Positions 23,701-35,000 of a stretch of 64,000 bases of DNA are shown here, piece by piece. The DNA lies in NCBI RefSeq assembly GCF_046119375.1, contig NW_027362772.1, positions 160,580,001 through 160,644,000 of the forward strand, read 5' to 3'. Source of the stretch: Phyllobates terribilis. Its lineage: Eukaryota. The notes below the pieces were generated by a model, which saw nothing but the letters and a program-made list of their open reading frames with translations, was not told where the DNA came from and did no database searches. The translations under genes were made by a program, and so were the position numbers. The stretch's first letter is position 1. Every line of letters begins with the position of its first letter.

Positions 23701-26700
23701 CTCCCAGCACCCCCATCATTGCTCGCTCCCAGCAACCCCGTCATTGCTCTCCCCAGCCCCATCATGGCTTTCCCCATCCCCACTATCCCCATCATCCACA
23801 TCATTGCTCTCTCCCAGCATCTCCATCAATGCTCTCTCCCAGCACCTCATCATTGCTCTCCCCATCCCCACCATCATCATCATTGCTCTCCCCATCCTCA
23901 TCATTGCTCTCCCCATCTCCACCATCCTCATCATTGCTCACCCCAGCCCCAACATTTCTCACCCCAGCCCCATCATTGCTCTCTCCAGCCCCATCATTGC
24001 TCTCCCCAGCCCCATCATTGCTCACCCCAGCCCCATCATTGCTTACCCCAGCCCCATCATTGCTCACCCCAGTCAATCATTGCTCACCCCAGTCAATCAT
24101 TGCTCACCCCAGTCCCATCATTGCTCTTCCCCACCTTCCCTCATTCTCTTGTTCCTCTTCCAGCTTTTCAATATAAAAAAATACACACACAACTTACCTC
24201 TCAGCCTGCTCCCCTACAGCAGCATCCTCCTCGTCTCCGTTAACGTCCTCCCTGACACAGGCCCACGCTGCATGATGACATCATCAAGCAGAGTGGGCCT
24301 GTATCAGGGAAGAAGTGCCAGTCAGGAAGCAGAGGTGAGGACGGATCCCTCCAGTTCCGCTCCACTTCCATTTACCTCCTGTCAGCCGCGGAGCTGGAGG
24401 GATCGCTCCCTGCCTGCCGCAAATGATGAGGGCAATCTGTCCATGGGCCCCCCGGAGCCTGGGGCTCTGAGAAGCAGGCCAGATTGCCCTCATCATTAGC
24501 TGCCAGGGAAGGGCCCCCTTGTACCGCCGGGCCCCGGTGCAGTTGCACCGGCTGCACCGGCGGTAGGTCCACCCCTGGGCATATTTACCCACTAAAGGAT
24601 CGATCATTGAATTCCATTGGCCCAATTCTTATATCCTCAAAATCATATATTGAGGAACATTAAGGAGGACCTCTTACACATCAGATGGTTCACCGATTAC
24701 CTAAAATTGGTTTATTCAGCCAAAGACTAATGTGTATGACCTGCCTTAGATTGTGATCTTCATTAGGGACAGAGACTAAAGGGAATAACGGTAGTCTTTG
24801 TACAATGCCGTAGAGTATATTGGTGCCATATAAGTAACAAAAAGTACCTCCATAAAAAATACATTGTGTTTCCTTGCAGCTGCAATCATCTCTTTAACCT
24901 CTGATGAGTTCATTGCCAGTGGTTTTTCACACAAGACATTTTTCTTGTTCTGCAGGAACATCAGCACTACTTCTCGATGGACTGTATGCAGGACACCAAC
25001 GTAGACGATATCTGCAACAAAGAACAGTTATGGGAACTATGGAGGCTGTGTTTTCTGTAGAGTCTTACTTTGCTTCAAGTATGGTGTTATACTGCTCATG
25101 GTCAAAGGAAAACTCGGGGCAAAAAAACTGTTCACTGGGGCCCTTCAATCCAAGTCCAGTGGAGATGAGCGTCTCAGTCTGTGGAAACATGGTTGTATCA
25201 ATGGATGGATGAAAAGCCCTGCAATCCTCCTCCTACCTCCCTGAACCTCCCTCTGATTAGTAGGCCTGGCGCAACGTCATACATGATCACGATGACATCA
25301 TGCTGGCCAAACAATTTGAAGAGGTGCCAGGCATGCCATCAGTTAGGTGGTGGTTTGCAGGGCTCGCATTCAGTGGCCATGGATTACTAACGTGGTCGTT
25401 AGACTATGGTTCTAAGAATTGATTTGCTCTTTATTTTTTTTTTTGGCTCATCTTTTTACTAAGCAACAGCATAAATATATTCTGCTTGGTGCAATGGAAG
25501 AATGGCCTCTTCTAGAGATCAGAATGATTCCGCCTTGGTACGTTGTGGACCAACACCTAAAAGAGGCCAAAAGATGGCTGCTTCTTGTCATTGCTGGGAT
25601 TGGCATATCTAGCACTTTAGGGAAATCCAACAGAAGTCATCCTAATGAATTTATGTGTGAATATCAATTCCTATATAACGACAAAAACCTATTATGTCAA
25701 AAGTGGTTGAGTGGCAGTCACAGGTGCAGCTGTTTGCTTTTGGAACTTATCTGTCCTTTCCACTCCTTGTAATCATCTGCCAATCACCACTAAGCCTCAC
25801 GTAGATGGCAGAAAACTGGACATGGTCTTGAAAAATTGAAATATGAAGGTTTTCATTGATCCACTATAGACTGGATGGTTATCAGCTGGGGGGATGCTTC
25901 CTATCAGATGCCATATAGACTCATTGTTATGTGGAGTGCGCTGTCCTGCACCTTGCCCGGTGCACAGTGGTGTCCATTATCGCTGTATTTTATTTAGCTC
26001 CATAGCAGAGCAGTTCCTCACCAATATTTGGGTCCATGGCAAGTTCTTCATATGAGCTGTAGACCTTTGGTATATTGTGAATTTTGGCAAATTCTTTAAC
26101 GCGTTTCAGATCTTTTGCTGCAACAGCCACAGCCTAAAGGGAACAAAGAAGTGGATAATTTAGTATTAAATCTGGATGTTGTGTAGTGTGGTTTGGTCCT
26201 GATGAAGATGTTTGAAAAAGTTGAAACGTGTTGACATAATAAATCACATTCATGCATCACCTTCGTGTGTGATCGTAGCTTTGAACAGTGGACTCTGAAC
26301 CCCTGTATTCCTCATGTATTGCAATGTATAGCACAATCTTATCAATCCATCTTCCCTATCACGTGACATCTTCCTCAACCTTCTTCACTCTGAGCTGGGG
26401 ATTTCATAGCTGAGTAGGTCTCTAACTTAATGTGTATCACATGAGGCATTGTCTAAATCTCAGGTGACGCTCGTTGTAACATCACGCCATGCACCATGAC
26501 ATCCAAGACCTACTCCTTACTGAAAGCTCCAGCTCAGAATGAAGAAGGTCAAGGAGGATGTCACTTGGGGGGAAAACAGAAGGAAGAGTCTGGATGGCGA
26601 GGAAGACCAGACAGCAGACTGTGGTGTCAATGGGATAGGTGACCGGTGGGGTGAGTATAATTTTTTTTAACCCTTTTTCCGGCATTCAACAAATGCTGAA

Positions 26701-29700
26701 TGTGCTCAAAGTGAATTGCAAAAAATTCGTATTCAAGAGAGTTTGATCTCTTTCTTTCTAAATTTGAGGCAAATTAAATTCTTGAACAAACGTACTCACC
26801 TCATTTGTATAGTGCTCAGGTTAGAATTGATCCAGGTATTGTACAGGGATGTAGTAAAGTATGGCGGCTAGTAGCAATCCATTTTGAAGCAGTAGAATAA
26901 TAGTTTACAGTTGGCAAGAAATACTAGTCACTAAAATAACAAAACCCCAAAAATTATCACACAAGGTGTCAAGAAAGAGTTTATTACAGGAGAGAGGATT
27001 TACTAACTTTCACTGAACTCAGGAGATATGCTGGGAAAGTTAGCAGAGCCTGTCTGTACGAGCTGAGGTAGCCTGCCAGACATACTGATAGTCCCCCCCC
27101 CCACTTCCTGTGATCTGTCTTGGTGTCTCTGTTACCAGCTATAGATAATAAGCAGTGGGCAGCAAATTAAAAGAAAGGTTGTTAGGGAACAGCCAAGGGA
27201 CCACACAGATATCCCACCGCTGCCACCAATTTTTCACAAACAAGCAATCCGCTGCCTCCAATCATCAGGGCAATAACGCAATTGATGGACGAGGCCACGG
27301 CTGCTTTCACTAGTACTCTGGTTATTCTGTGCTTCCCAGTGAACGTATAGTATATGCACATCAGCTTCCAACGCATGGAATATATATATACTTTGGTACT
27401 GTCACTGTTAAGTTCCTCAATAACCCAGAAAAACTAGCTGTCACCACCAATGTTTTATACAAGCCAATTGGACACCCGTGACTGTTAACGTACAACCTCA
27501 TGAGGCTTCAGGTATGCACTTTATGAAGCAAGAGGAACAAAGCAATTAAATATTATATATTTAATCCAAAAAGTAGGCAGTGTTTTTAAAAATATACAAA
27601 AGATATTACAAAGGGGACAAAACAATTCAGTATAATACAAATACATAAAATAAAAAGGGATAACAAAAGAAAAGTACTAAACCTGTGGTCACAGGAATGG
27701 CTCAAATCTTTTATGGGGGAAAGCACCCCGATTAGGATAATAGAACAATCCCTCAGCAAGCTTCATCTTCCAGCACTGAACAATATATTATAATTCAGAA
27801 TCTGATTTTATTAGATAAACGTCACTCCCACATACCTCCCGTTGTTGACTAAGAGATCCCCAACTTTTAGGATATCTGCTCCCCTGGAGGTCCCAGGCAG
27901 GAGATATTAATGCCATATTTCAAATCGTGATTTTAGCTTTCTATAGATGGAAACATGGCATATCCAACTTTGTCCATCTGCCCGATATTAATTTGGGGCT
28001 GATACGCTGAGCTCACAGTGATGTAAGTAAATGTGTTATGTACATTACTTTGTCACAACACCAAAAATATGTCTCCCATAACTATAGGACGGTGTTCCCC
28101 AACTCTAGTCCTCAAGAGTCACCAACAGGTCATGTTTTCAGGATTTCCTTAGTATTGCCCAGGTGATAATTGCATCACCTGCACAGGCAATAATTCCATC
28201 ACCTATGCAATACTAAGGAAATCCTGAAAACATGACCTGTTGGTAGCTCTTGTGGACTGGAGTTGGGGAACAATGCTATAGGAACTTCACCTGTCACAAA
28301 AACACTATATTCATAACTGGAATCTTGCTTCAAAGAGTCTACCTGTAGTTCTTTTGAACATAGGAAGCCTTATCTGCACAGGTGCTAAAAAACATGGGAA
28401 AGACTTTGTGTCTGCTCTCCATAGGATAACCCACTTCAATTACCTGTTCACACCAGGGGGTTATAGCTGAATAGGAGTTGGAATGAAGTGTTAGCTCTTT
28501 TTCCCTTTAGAACTATGATGAAACCGTGCTTCAATCCTCAATATGAGAGTGACAAAGGAAGTCTCTTTAGAGTTATTTTTCAGGGGTAAAACCGCAAAAT
28601 TTTAGGTATGATGTGCATTATCCTCTATGGAACATAAAAGGCAGAACTGATGCACTAAATGTATAGTATGCTGTAATACAACCACAGAATGAAATAGGTC
28701 TAATAAAACCTATTGCCATTACTGGGAGTGGCACTGACAAGCCACTTTACCTTGGCCAGGAAAATTAGGGGCTGGTCTAGGGGCTGCAAACTGAAGTTTT
28801 TCTAAAGGGTGAAAAAATGCTTAACTACAGTTTGGGTTGTCATATAATAAGTGAGACAGCTTACCAATGTCTGAAAATCCAATGTAAGACATAATGTGAA
28901 GGGATGACAATCAGTAACGTCGATAATGTGAAGTGATGCCAATTGTCCATCTGGCAGCTGCATCTTCTGACTTCTCTGCTGAGTACTCCTATGTTCTCTA
29001 CGAGAGAGCCTCTGCTAGATTCATCTGCCGGTGACTTCTTTTGACAAGAGCAAAAAGATCAGCAGTCTGAATCGGACACACCGGATCCTTATCTTACCCT
29101 GACTTCATCTGTCTGGGAAGAGTTGGGAGGCCTCCATACAAATTAGACCATGAGTTGAGCCCAGGTTCAGCCAACATTAGTCTAATGTGTATGTAGTCTC
29201 AAGTTCATAAATGGGTAAAATTGCAAAGTGCTTGTAAAAACAAGCGACTTTGCAGTTGCCGGCCACTTTCCAGTCCCAGTGTGGCCAGTTTCCTGCGCAA
29301 GGAGCACATGGCACAAGTAGGCTTTACGCTTTACCCACTGCTCTGAAGCTGGCAGGATCCAGCCACTTTCAGTCCTTCTAGGCTTCTCCCATGCTGCCTG
29401 CTCTATCAGCCTTTAAAGGTTTTCAGCTCGAAATGGTCAATGCTCAGGAGTTCAGGAGCATACTGCTCCCCCCTGGCAAAGCAGAAACCTGGGGAATGGG
29501 AGTCCTGTGCTCCTTAAGCTTCAGCTTGAGAAAACCACTCCAGAATTATATCTAGAGGCATATCGTAATTAAACAGCTGTATAACACCTGGAATTGGACT
29601 TCCACTGGAACTCCCCGTGAGGGCACATGTGAGCGAAACTACTGTAAAGTCATACATTCATTCTAATAGACAATGAGGTTTACACAGGCAGATTTCTATC

Positions 29701-30185
29701 CATGACGAATGGAATTTTAAAGGGCTCCTTTTACACGAGCCAATGATCGTTCAGTCCTTATACAAAACACATATTGTCCGCATCACCTTTCCTCTATATG
29801 TACTAAATTATTTTCTGCCCCCAATAATTAGGCCATATAAAAGATGCGATTAGCCAGAAAACAAACTCTTGTTACGCCAATTATCAGCCCTTACGCTGTC
29901 AACTTTTTTTTTCTTTAGGACTTCACATATATTTCTGCAACATGAGAAGTATGAAACCAAAAACAGATCACCGGAAACAAACACAATTCGATAAAGTCTA
30001 AGCCAAAACTTCTCCAGAAATAATTCCATTCACTAAGAAATGGGACTATTCAAAAAAAATGGAAATAGCCTTATGCCAACTTTCGTAGACCTCACCTGGT
30101 GGTCCTCAGCGGGCAGGGTCTGTAGAGCTACCATGAAGTCATTGCTTATCTTCCCTGCAGAACAGATGCCCCATTTTGTGGCCAT
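17656..30185 (-). CDS. DHDH: Dimeric dihydrodiol dehydrogenase, tandem copy B; complete, 7 exons, 334 aa
   Basis: Exons 30185-30096, 26133-26022, 25011-24848, 19419-19167, 19087-18963, 17998-17848 and 17765-17656 total 1005 nt (334 aa plus TGA). All junctions are GT-AG and in phase. H79, K97, D176 and Y180 equivalents are present. Confidence 0.96.
17848..17998 (-). CDS. DHDH: DHDH copy B exon 6
   Basis: ctcctcag|[16 protein letters not shown]...[15 protein letters not shown]+G|GTAACA. Confidence 0.94.
18963..19087 (-). CDS. DHDH: DHDH copy B exon 5
   Basis: ttttag|(G)[41 protein letters not shown]|GTATTG; preceding intron is 79 nt. Confidence 0.94.
19167..19419 (-). CDS. DHDH: DHDH copy B exon 4
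   Basis: ccttag|[16 protein letters not shown]...[11 protein letters not shown]...GFLYET+G|GTATGT. Confidence 0.95.
20782..21789 (+). mobile_element. Solo LTR (~1.0 kb), Gypsy-type
   Basis: TGTGGCACCCC...GCGCGTCA, 4-bp TSD AGAG; homologous end to end with 22140-23138. Confidence 0.85.
21973..23227. mobile_element. T2-like MITE interrupted by a solo LTR
   Basis: AGGCTACATT / AATGCAGTCT ends. Confidence 0.55.
22140..23138 (+). mobile_element. Solo LTR (~1.0 kb), same family as 20782-21789
   Basis: TGTGACACCCC...GCGCGTCA, 4-bp TSD GATC. Confidence 0.85.
23685..24130. repeat. ~21-bp minisatellite (CCCATCATTGCTCTCCCCAGC)
   Basis: About 20 tandem units; source of the spurious His/Pro/Ser-rich ORFs. 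Confidence 0.9.
24848..25011 (-). CDS. DHDH: DHDH copy B exon 3
   Basis: ttgcag|(D)[34 protein letters not shown]...VFFME|GTACTT. Confidence 0.94.
26022..26133 (-). CDS. DHDH: DHDH copy B exon 2
   Basis: ccctttag|[37 protein letters not shown]+G|GTGAGG. Confidence 0.93.
28090..28275. mobile_element. 186-bp palindromic hAT-type MITE
   Basis: Near-perfect hairpin; TIR C(G/A)(G/T)TGTTCCCCAACTC; perfect 8-bp TSD CTATAGGA. Confidence 0.92.
30096..30185 (-). CDS. DHDH: DHDH copy B exon 1
   Basis: [30 protein letters not shown]|GTGAGG; Kozak gcaATGg. Confidence 0.94.
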
Positions 30186-30308
30186 TGCAGTAGAAGAAAT
30201 CCGAGCTCTTCAGATCCAGCGGAGATTCTCACATACCATCACCTGATTACTTGGGTTTATATTGTTGGCAGATGGGAGGCTCTAGTTTGCCACCAGTAAA
30301 ATTTTTGC

Positions 30309-30375
30309 TGACGTCACAACTCACAATCCAAGACTCGACATGACCTGCACTTGGTGGTGCCAGCAGAGGGCACTA
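30309..30375. promoter_or_regulatory. DHDH copy B upstream region with CRE and CTCF-like motifs
   Basis: TGACGTCA at 30309-30316 and CCAGCAGAGGGCACTA at 30360-30375, 124-190 nt upstream of the ATG. Motif match only. Confidence 0.4.
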
Positions 30376-31216
30376 TTTACTTGTTCTACATGTTTTAAAA
30401 CACTGAAACTTTATTTTACTTTGTAACTTTGTATTGATTTTTATGTCATCCGTATTGTATAAGAAAAACATGCAGAAGATGTAGAAAAGACCTAAGCCGC
30501 TTAAAATGTAACATGGAAAAAAACTAGACATGTTCTTCTACATTCTTCAGGTTGCTGATACATTTACACATAAATACTAGACTAATATTTGCATAGGTTT
30601 TATTAATTTATTTATAAAATTCACTTTCTTATTGCCGGTGGCATAGAAATTTCCATACATGTCATATTACTGTGTCTACTATTCTGCAACCCCTACGTTT
30701 TTACACAATTGCACTCTTAAAAAAAAATAATTTCGGTATCATATTTACCTTTAAAATTGGATTTTGTTCCAACACCGCCAGTCACTAAAGTCCCCTACTG
30801 GGTCTTGACATTACCAATCGATGAGGCACCAGCAAAAAATAACTACTTGCCCTTAGTGACATCTACAAGTCACTGGGCAACAAGGTCATTTGGGGACCCT
30901 GGTGATAAGTGGTGCTTGAGTAAAACAGAATTTTAGAGGTTAATATATTGCAAAGTTTATTTGGACGAAGAAGGTCTTAGAGGTTGCAATCACCTTTTAA
31001 GAAAACATAAAGGAAACTAGAACGTAAAGGAAAACTATACTTTCCAATAACTTTTCAGAATAAGCTGTCTTGTGTGTGTTCATGAAGAATAACACTTTTT
31101 TTGGTCATTAAATTACTTATCTTCTGCATTTTCACCATTTTCTTCTTTTCATGGTCTTTCTGTAACTTTCAGTTACTAGCTGCTATGATGTCTCCCATAT
31201 AGAGAGTGATTACTGC

Positions 31217-31592
31217 TCTTTTTTCCTATTTTAGCACACAGAAAGAAGCAGCATCAGAGTGGGGGAAGTTATACAGCTATATTGAATAGTGTAGATGTGA
31301 ATCCAGCTCTGGCTTAAGATAAATTACTTTCTAGAGAAGTTGTAGCAGAGATGTCTTTCTCTGACTGTGTCAGTGCCTCTCACTCCTTCTTACACCTCAC
31401 CGAAGATATCTTTTTTCCTTTTTTAGCAATCAGAAAAGAGCAGCATCAGTGTGGAGGAAATTATATTGCCATACTGAGCAGCATAGATATGAATCCAGCT
31501 CTGCATTAAGATAAATTACTTTCTAGAGAAGTTGTAGCAGAGATGTCTTTCTCTGACTGTGTCAGTGCCTCTCACTCCTTCTTCCACCTCAC
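31217..31592. repeat. ~190-bp direct tandem duplication between TULP2 and DHDH-B
   Basis: TTAAGATAAATTACTTTCTAGAGAAGTTGTAGCAGAGATGTCTTTCTCTGACTGTGTCAGTGCCTCTCACTCC occurs twice; limits approximate. Confidence 0.75.
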
Positions 31593-31902
31593 CTCACCGT
31601 AGACTTCAATAAACTCTGTAACCTGACGCCTCACTGAATTGGCAGTCCATCTTATGTTGAGTAAAGTGGATTTGAGTTGTATTTTTTTTTTTTAAAGTGG
31701 ATGTAAAGTTCAGAAGAAAGAGGGAGAAGTGTCTGATAAGTGGAGAAAGAAGCGAAATTCTCTAGTAGGATATATCACAAAGTTTCTTATATTTGCCAGT
31801 ATTGTTGATTTGTACAAAGTATTTACTGGAGCAGATATGTAAGGAGGGTGGACAAGTCCCCTGATTTCCATGGACAGCTTAGTTTTCTGATTTATCTAGA
31901 CT

Positions 31903-32036
31903 TTATTCGCACGCGAGTTTGCTATCAAAGCTGGACAGGCAGATGGAAAATGCTTGTAGGGCGCACAGTGGACGACTGAAATCCATGGTGAAAACATCCT
32001 CTGCGACACGGCCAAACTGCATCACGATGTGCTCAG
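31903..32036 (-). CDS. TULP2: Tubby-like terminal exon
   Basis: gatgcag|(P)[46 protein letters not shown]. Confidence 0.93.
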
Positions 32037-35000
32037 CTGCATCAGAAAAAAAACATTATTAAAACAATACATACAAAAAGAATAGTCAAGGTGACAAAAT
32101 AGAACATCAGCTCTGGGGCTGCACGAGGCATCAATCATTCGATATTGCCTCAAAAAGATGCTGCGTGCACATACTCTTAGTCCTCATTCACACATTCTCA
32201 TACTTTTAAAAAATAAACATAGTTTTTTTTTATCTGTGTGCTGGATCTGATTTTCATTCATTTTTGGTCCTTGTGTCCATTTTTACCCTAACTTGTGCCA
32301 ACCGATTTTCTTATATGAAAAAATTTTAAAGCTTCTCCTGCCCATTAAAGGGGAAAAAAAGGACAGCACTTGTATGACAAAAGGATTTTTATGAACCTAT
32401 TGGTTTGAATAGGAGAGTTTGATCAATGATTTAGATCAAAAATGGACTCTTGGTCACCAAGAAAACATGGACATGTGAGCAGCTCCATAGACTATAATAG
32501 GTACTTGTTCTACAACATGTACATAAAAAATAGATATATGAATGAGGCTCAAGGGGTACAGAAAGTGTTCAATATTCCTCTGGTCTAAGCATGAACTTAC
32601 GGTCATCAGCACTGATTATTTGGAAGTTCTTCACAGAAGCCTGGGTGACACGTCCATGGAAGTTCAGAACGTAGGACTGAGTCTCCTCATTCCAAGATGG
32701 TGCTTTGTTGTGGAGAACTGAGATATTTTCCATATTTCCATTTTGAAATCGAGCTAAAAGGGTCTCATGTTCCTTCACATAGAAAAGAGAAAACAACAAT
32801 ATTCGAGAACATGATCTACTCAAGAATATTCTACATGGATCACAAAGCAGGAGAGATGAGCTATAAAGCTTAAAAAAATGAAGGTGGTGAAGGTCTTCAA
32901 CATATCAGGAGCATTCCTCTGGAGAGAACTTCTGCTTGAATTGTTAGGACAATGATGGGTGCTTCCTGCATTGTCAACTGGAGCCTGGTAATAATTAGCC
33001 TTGAGAACCATGAGGACCTTATCCCATTTCCTGCGAGAGATGTGGCCATTCAAGCACTCTCTGCTTTAGTTTGGCAAACCTCCATGTGTCTTCCATCGCA
33101 TTTTATTGAATTCGGAAAAGAATGACTACTCATGCATGGCTACCTCTCCAATGAAATCAAGCACAAGAACCCTGCCATTTTTGAAGGTGCCTTACTGACT
33201 TGACAGCTTGGCAGACATATTCATTGACATTAAAGTTGGTGCAAATTGATTCACACATTCCAGTCTATTGGTTGCGAAAGTAGTCTGTGGCTGCTGGACA
33301 GAAACGGGAGAACCACCTCTTACCTGACGGCATCCGAGGCTCATCTTTTGATTATTCGGACCGTCAGGTAAGAAGTGGTTTTCCTGCTCCCATCTAGTGG
33401 CCACAGACCACTATCATGGCCCATGGACTGGGAGGTGCAAATTGATTCATACCAACTCTAACTGGCATGTAATAGGTATTATATTTGGAAAAATTTAAAG
33501 GTTTTGTCCAGGGAAAACAAGTTATCACCTATTCAGAAGATAGGTCTTAACATTCGGATCAGTGGTGACCAATGGGACCTGCACCAATCGGCAGATCTGG
33601 AAATTGTTTTTGCCATTACAACATAGAGCAGCAGGTCGGAACCCCCAACCATCGCTCCATTCTTTCTGTATGTTGCTGCCGGAGAAAACCAAGAACAACG
33701 ATCGTCAGTCCCAAAGGGAATGAATAGAGCAGCGGTTGAGCATGGGCATTGCGGCTTCATTCTAATAATGATAAAAGTTCCTAGCTCTACTGATTAGGGA
33801 GGGTCCCAGTGGTCGGCCACCCACTTGTCAACAAGTTATCATCTATTCCGTGCGTATGTGATAACTTGTATTCACCAGACAACCTCTTTAAGTTCACTTT
33901 CATATACTTTCTTGACCCAAGACCCAAAAAATTAACAAAAAAATGTACAGATAACTAAACTTTCACCATGAGAACACCACAATAACTCCAGACGGACTCA
34001 CATTGCGTGGCCTTATGCATACTCTTTCACTATCCTGGTTCATCCCAGGAATAATGACCGACATTTTCCGGGGTCCTCTGAAACCCAACACATTGGTTTC
34101 CTGTTTGAACGATAAGGGGAATAAGATGAAATGTCAACTATTCATGGTCTCTAGGTGTAATATTTCACCACCTTGATGTGTGATCAGCACATTTCAAAGT
34201 GTTTTCTCCTTTCTTCTCTTACACCACAAACTGTTAATGGCACGGTCTAAAGGGCATTTCGAGGCTGATTTAACAATGCTGACGATTATGTTATAAACTA
34301 GTTAATTCTGCTCATATTAAGAGAAGGGGACAAAGCTATAAACCACATGCGTTAAGGCCTGTGCACACTGAATGAAGGGTCATTACTTTGTAATATAGCA
34401 AAAATCCATACTAATAGAGCAAATATTAATAATAGAATTGGTGGGAATCGAGTCACAGGACCCAATCCATCAGCCAGGTCAGTAATCTGTGGCCGTTGGA
34501 CGGCAGTCCTAAGAACTGCTTCCTACCTAGCAACATTCGCTGCTCTTCTCTTGATCATTGCAGTGTGATCATGACATGTGATGTCAAGCCTGGTGTCACA
34601 GGTGTGTCAGAAGTGACAGTCGCCCTGCAGTTGGTTGCAGGAGATCTCTACGTTTGGTATTACAGACACCTTCTTAGAGGCTGTCTCTCTAGGACCCAGT
34701 GGCTACCTTCCTCTGGCTAATTAACACCCTGCCTGGGTGTATAAATACCTACTGTCTGCTAGAGGGAGGTGCTGGCGATACTCACATTCCCCTTTGTGAA
34801 GACTCGGAGCAAGTGCATTACTTCATCCTCTCTGGAGCTATGAGGACGAGTGTTCATCTCTCTGAAGTCAACTAAAAGCTAAGCTATCTTCCCTTGTTTG
34901 TTCCCCCTTGTTGTCTTTAGTTGTCAGTGGGGATCAACTAGAGCTCATCCCCCTCCCTTCCCTAGCCAGGGCCAAACGCCAGGGAAAGACATCGTGAGGT

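Larger units (their letters stand above)
20343..24577. mobile_element. hAT-type MITE shell in DHDH-B intron 3 containing nested insertions
   Basis: TIR CAGGGGCGGAC / GTCCACCCCTG; degenerate 8-bp TSD GGCTTATC/GGCATATT. Confidence 0.65.

Noticed and set aside
23640-24499. His/Pro/Ser-rich ORFs (174-285 aa)
   Set aside because: 21-bp minisatellite inside an intronic MITE; several frames on both strands are open.
33192-33404. ORF starting MATRW, like DHDH exon 1 (possible third copy)
   Set aside because: It starts at GTG, similarity stops after five residues, and there is no 90-nt exon or donor.
32880-33460. Possible decayed mariner transposase remnant
   Set aside because: Only scattered resemblance (e.g. 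ANYY), multiple stops, and no clear TIR pair.
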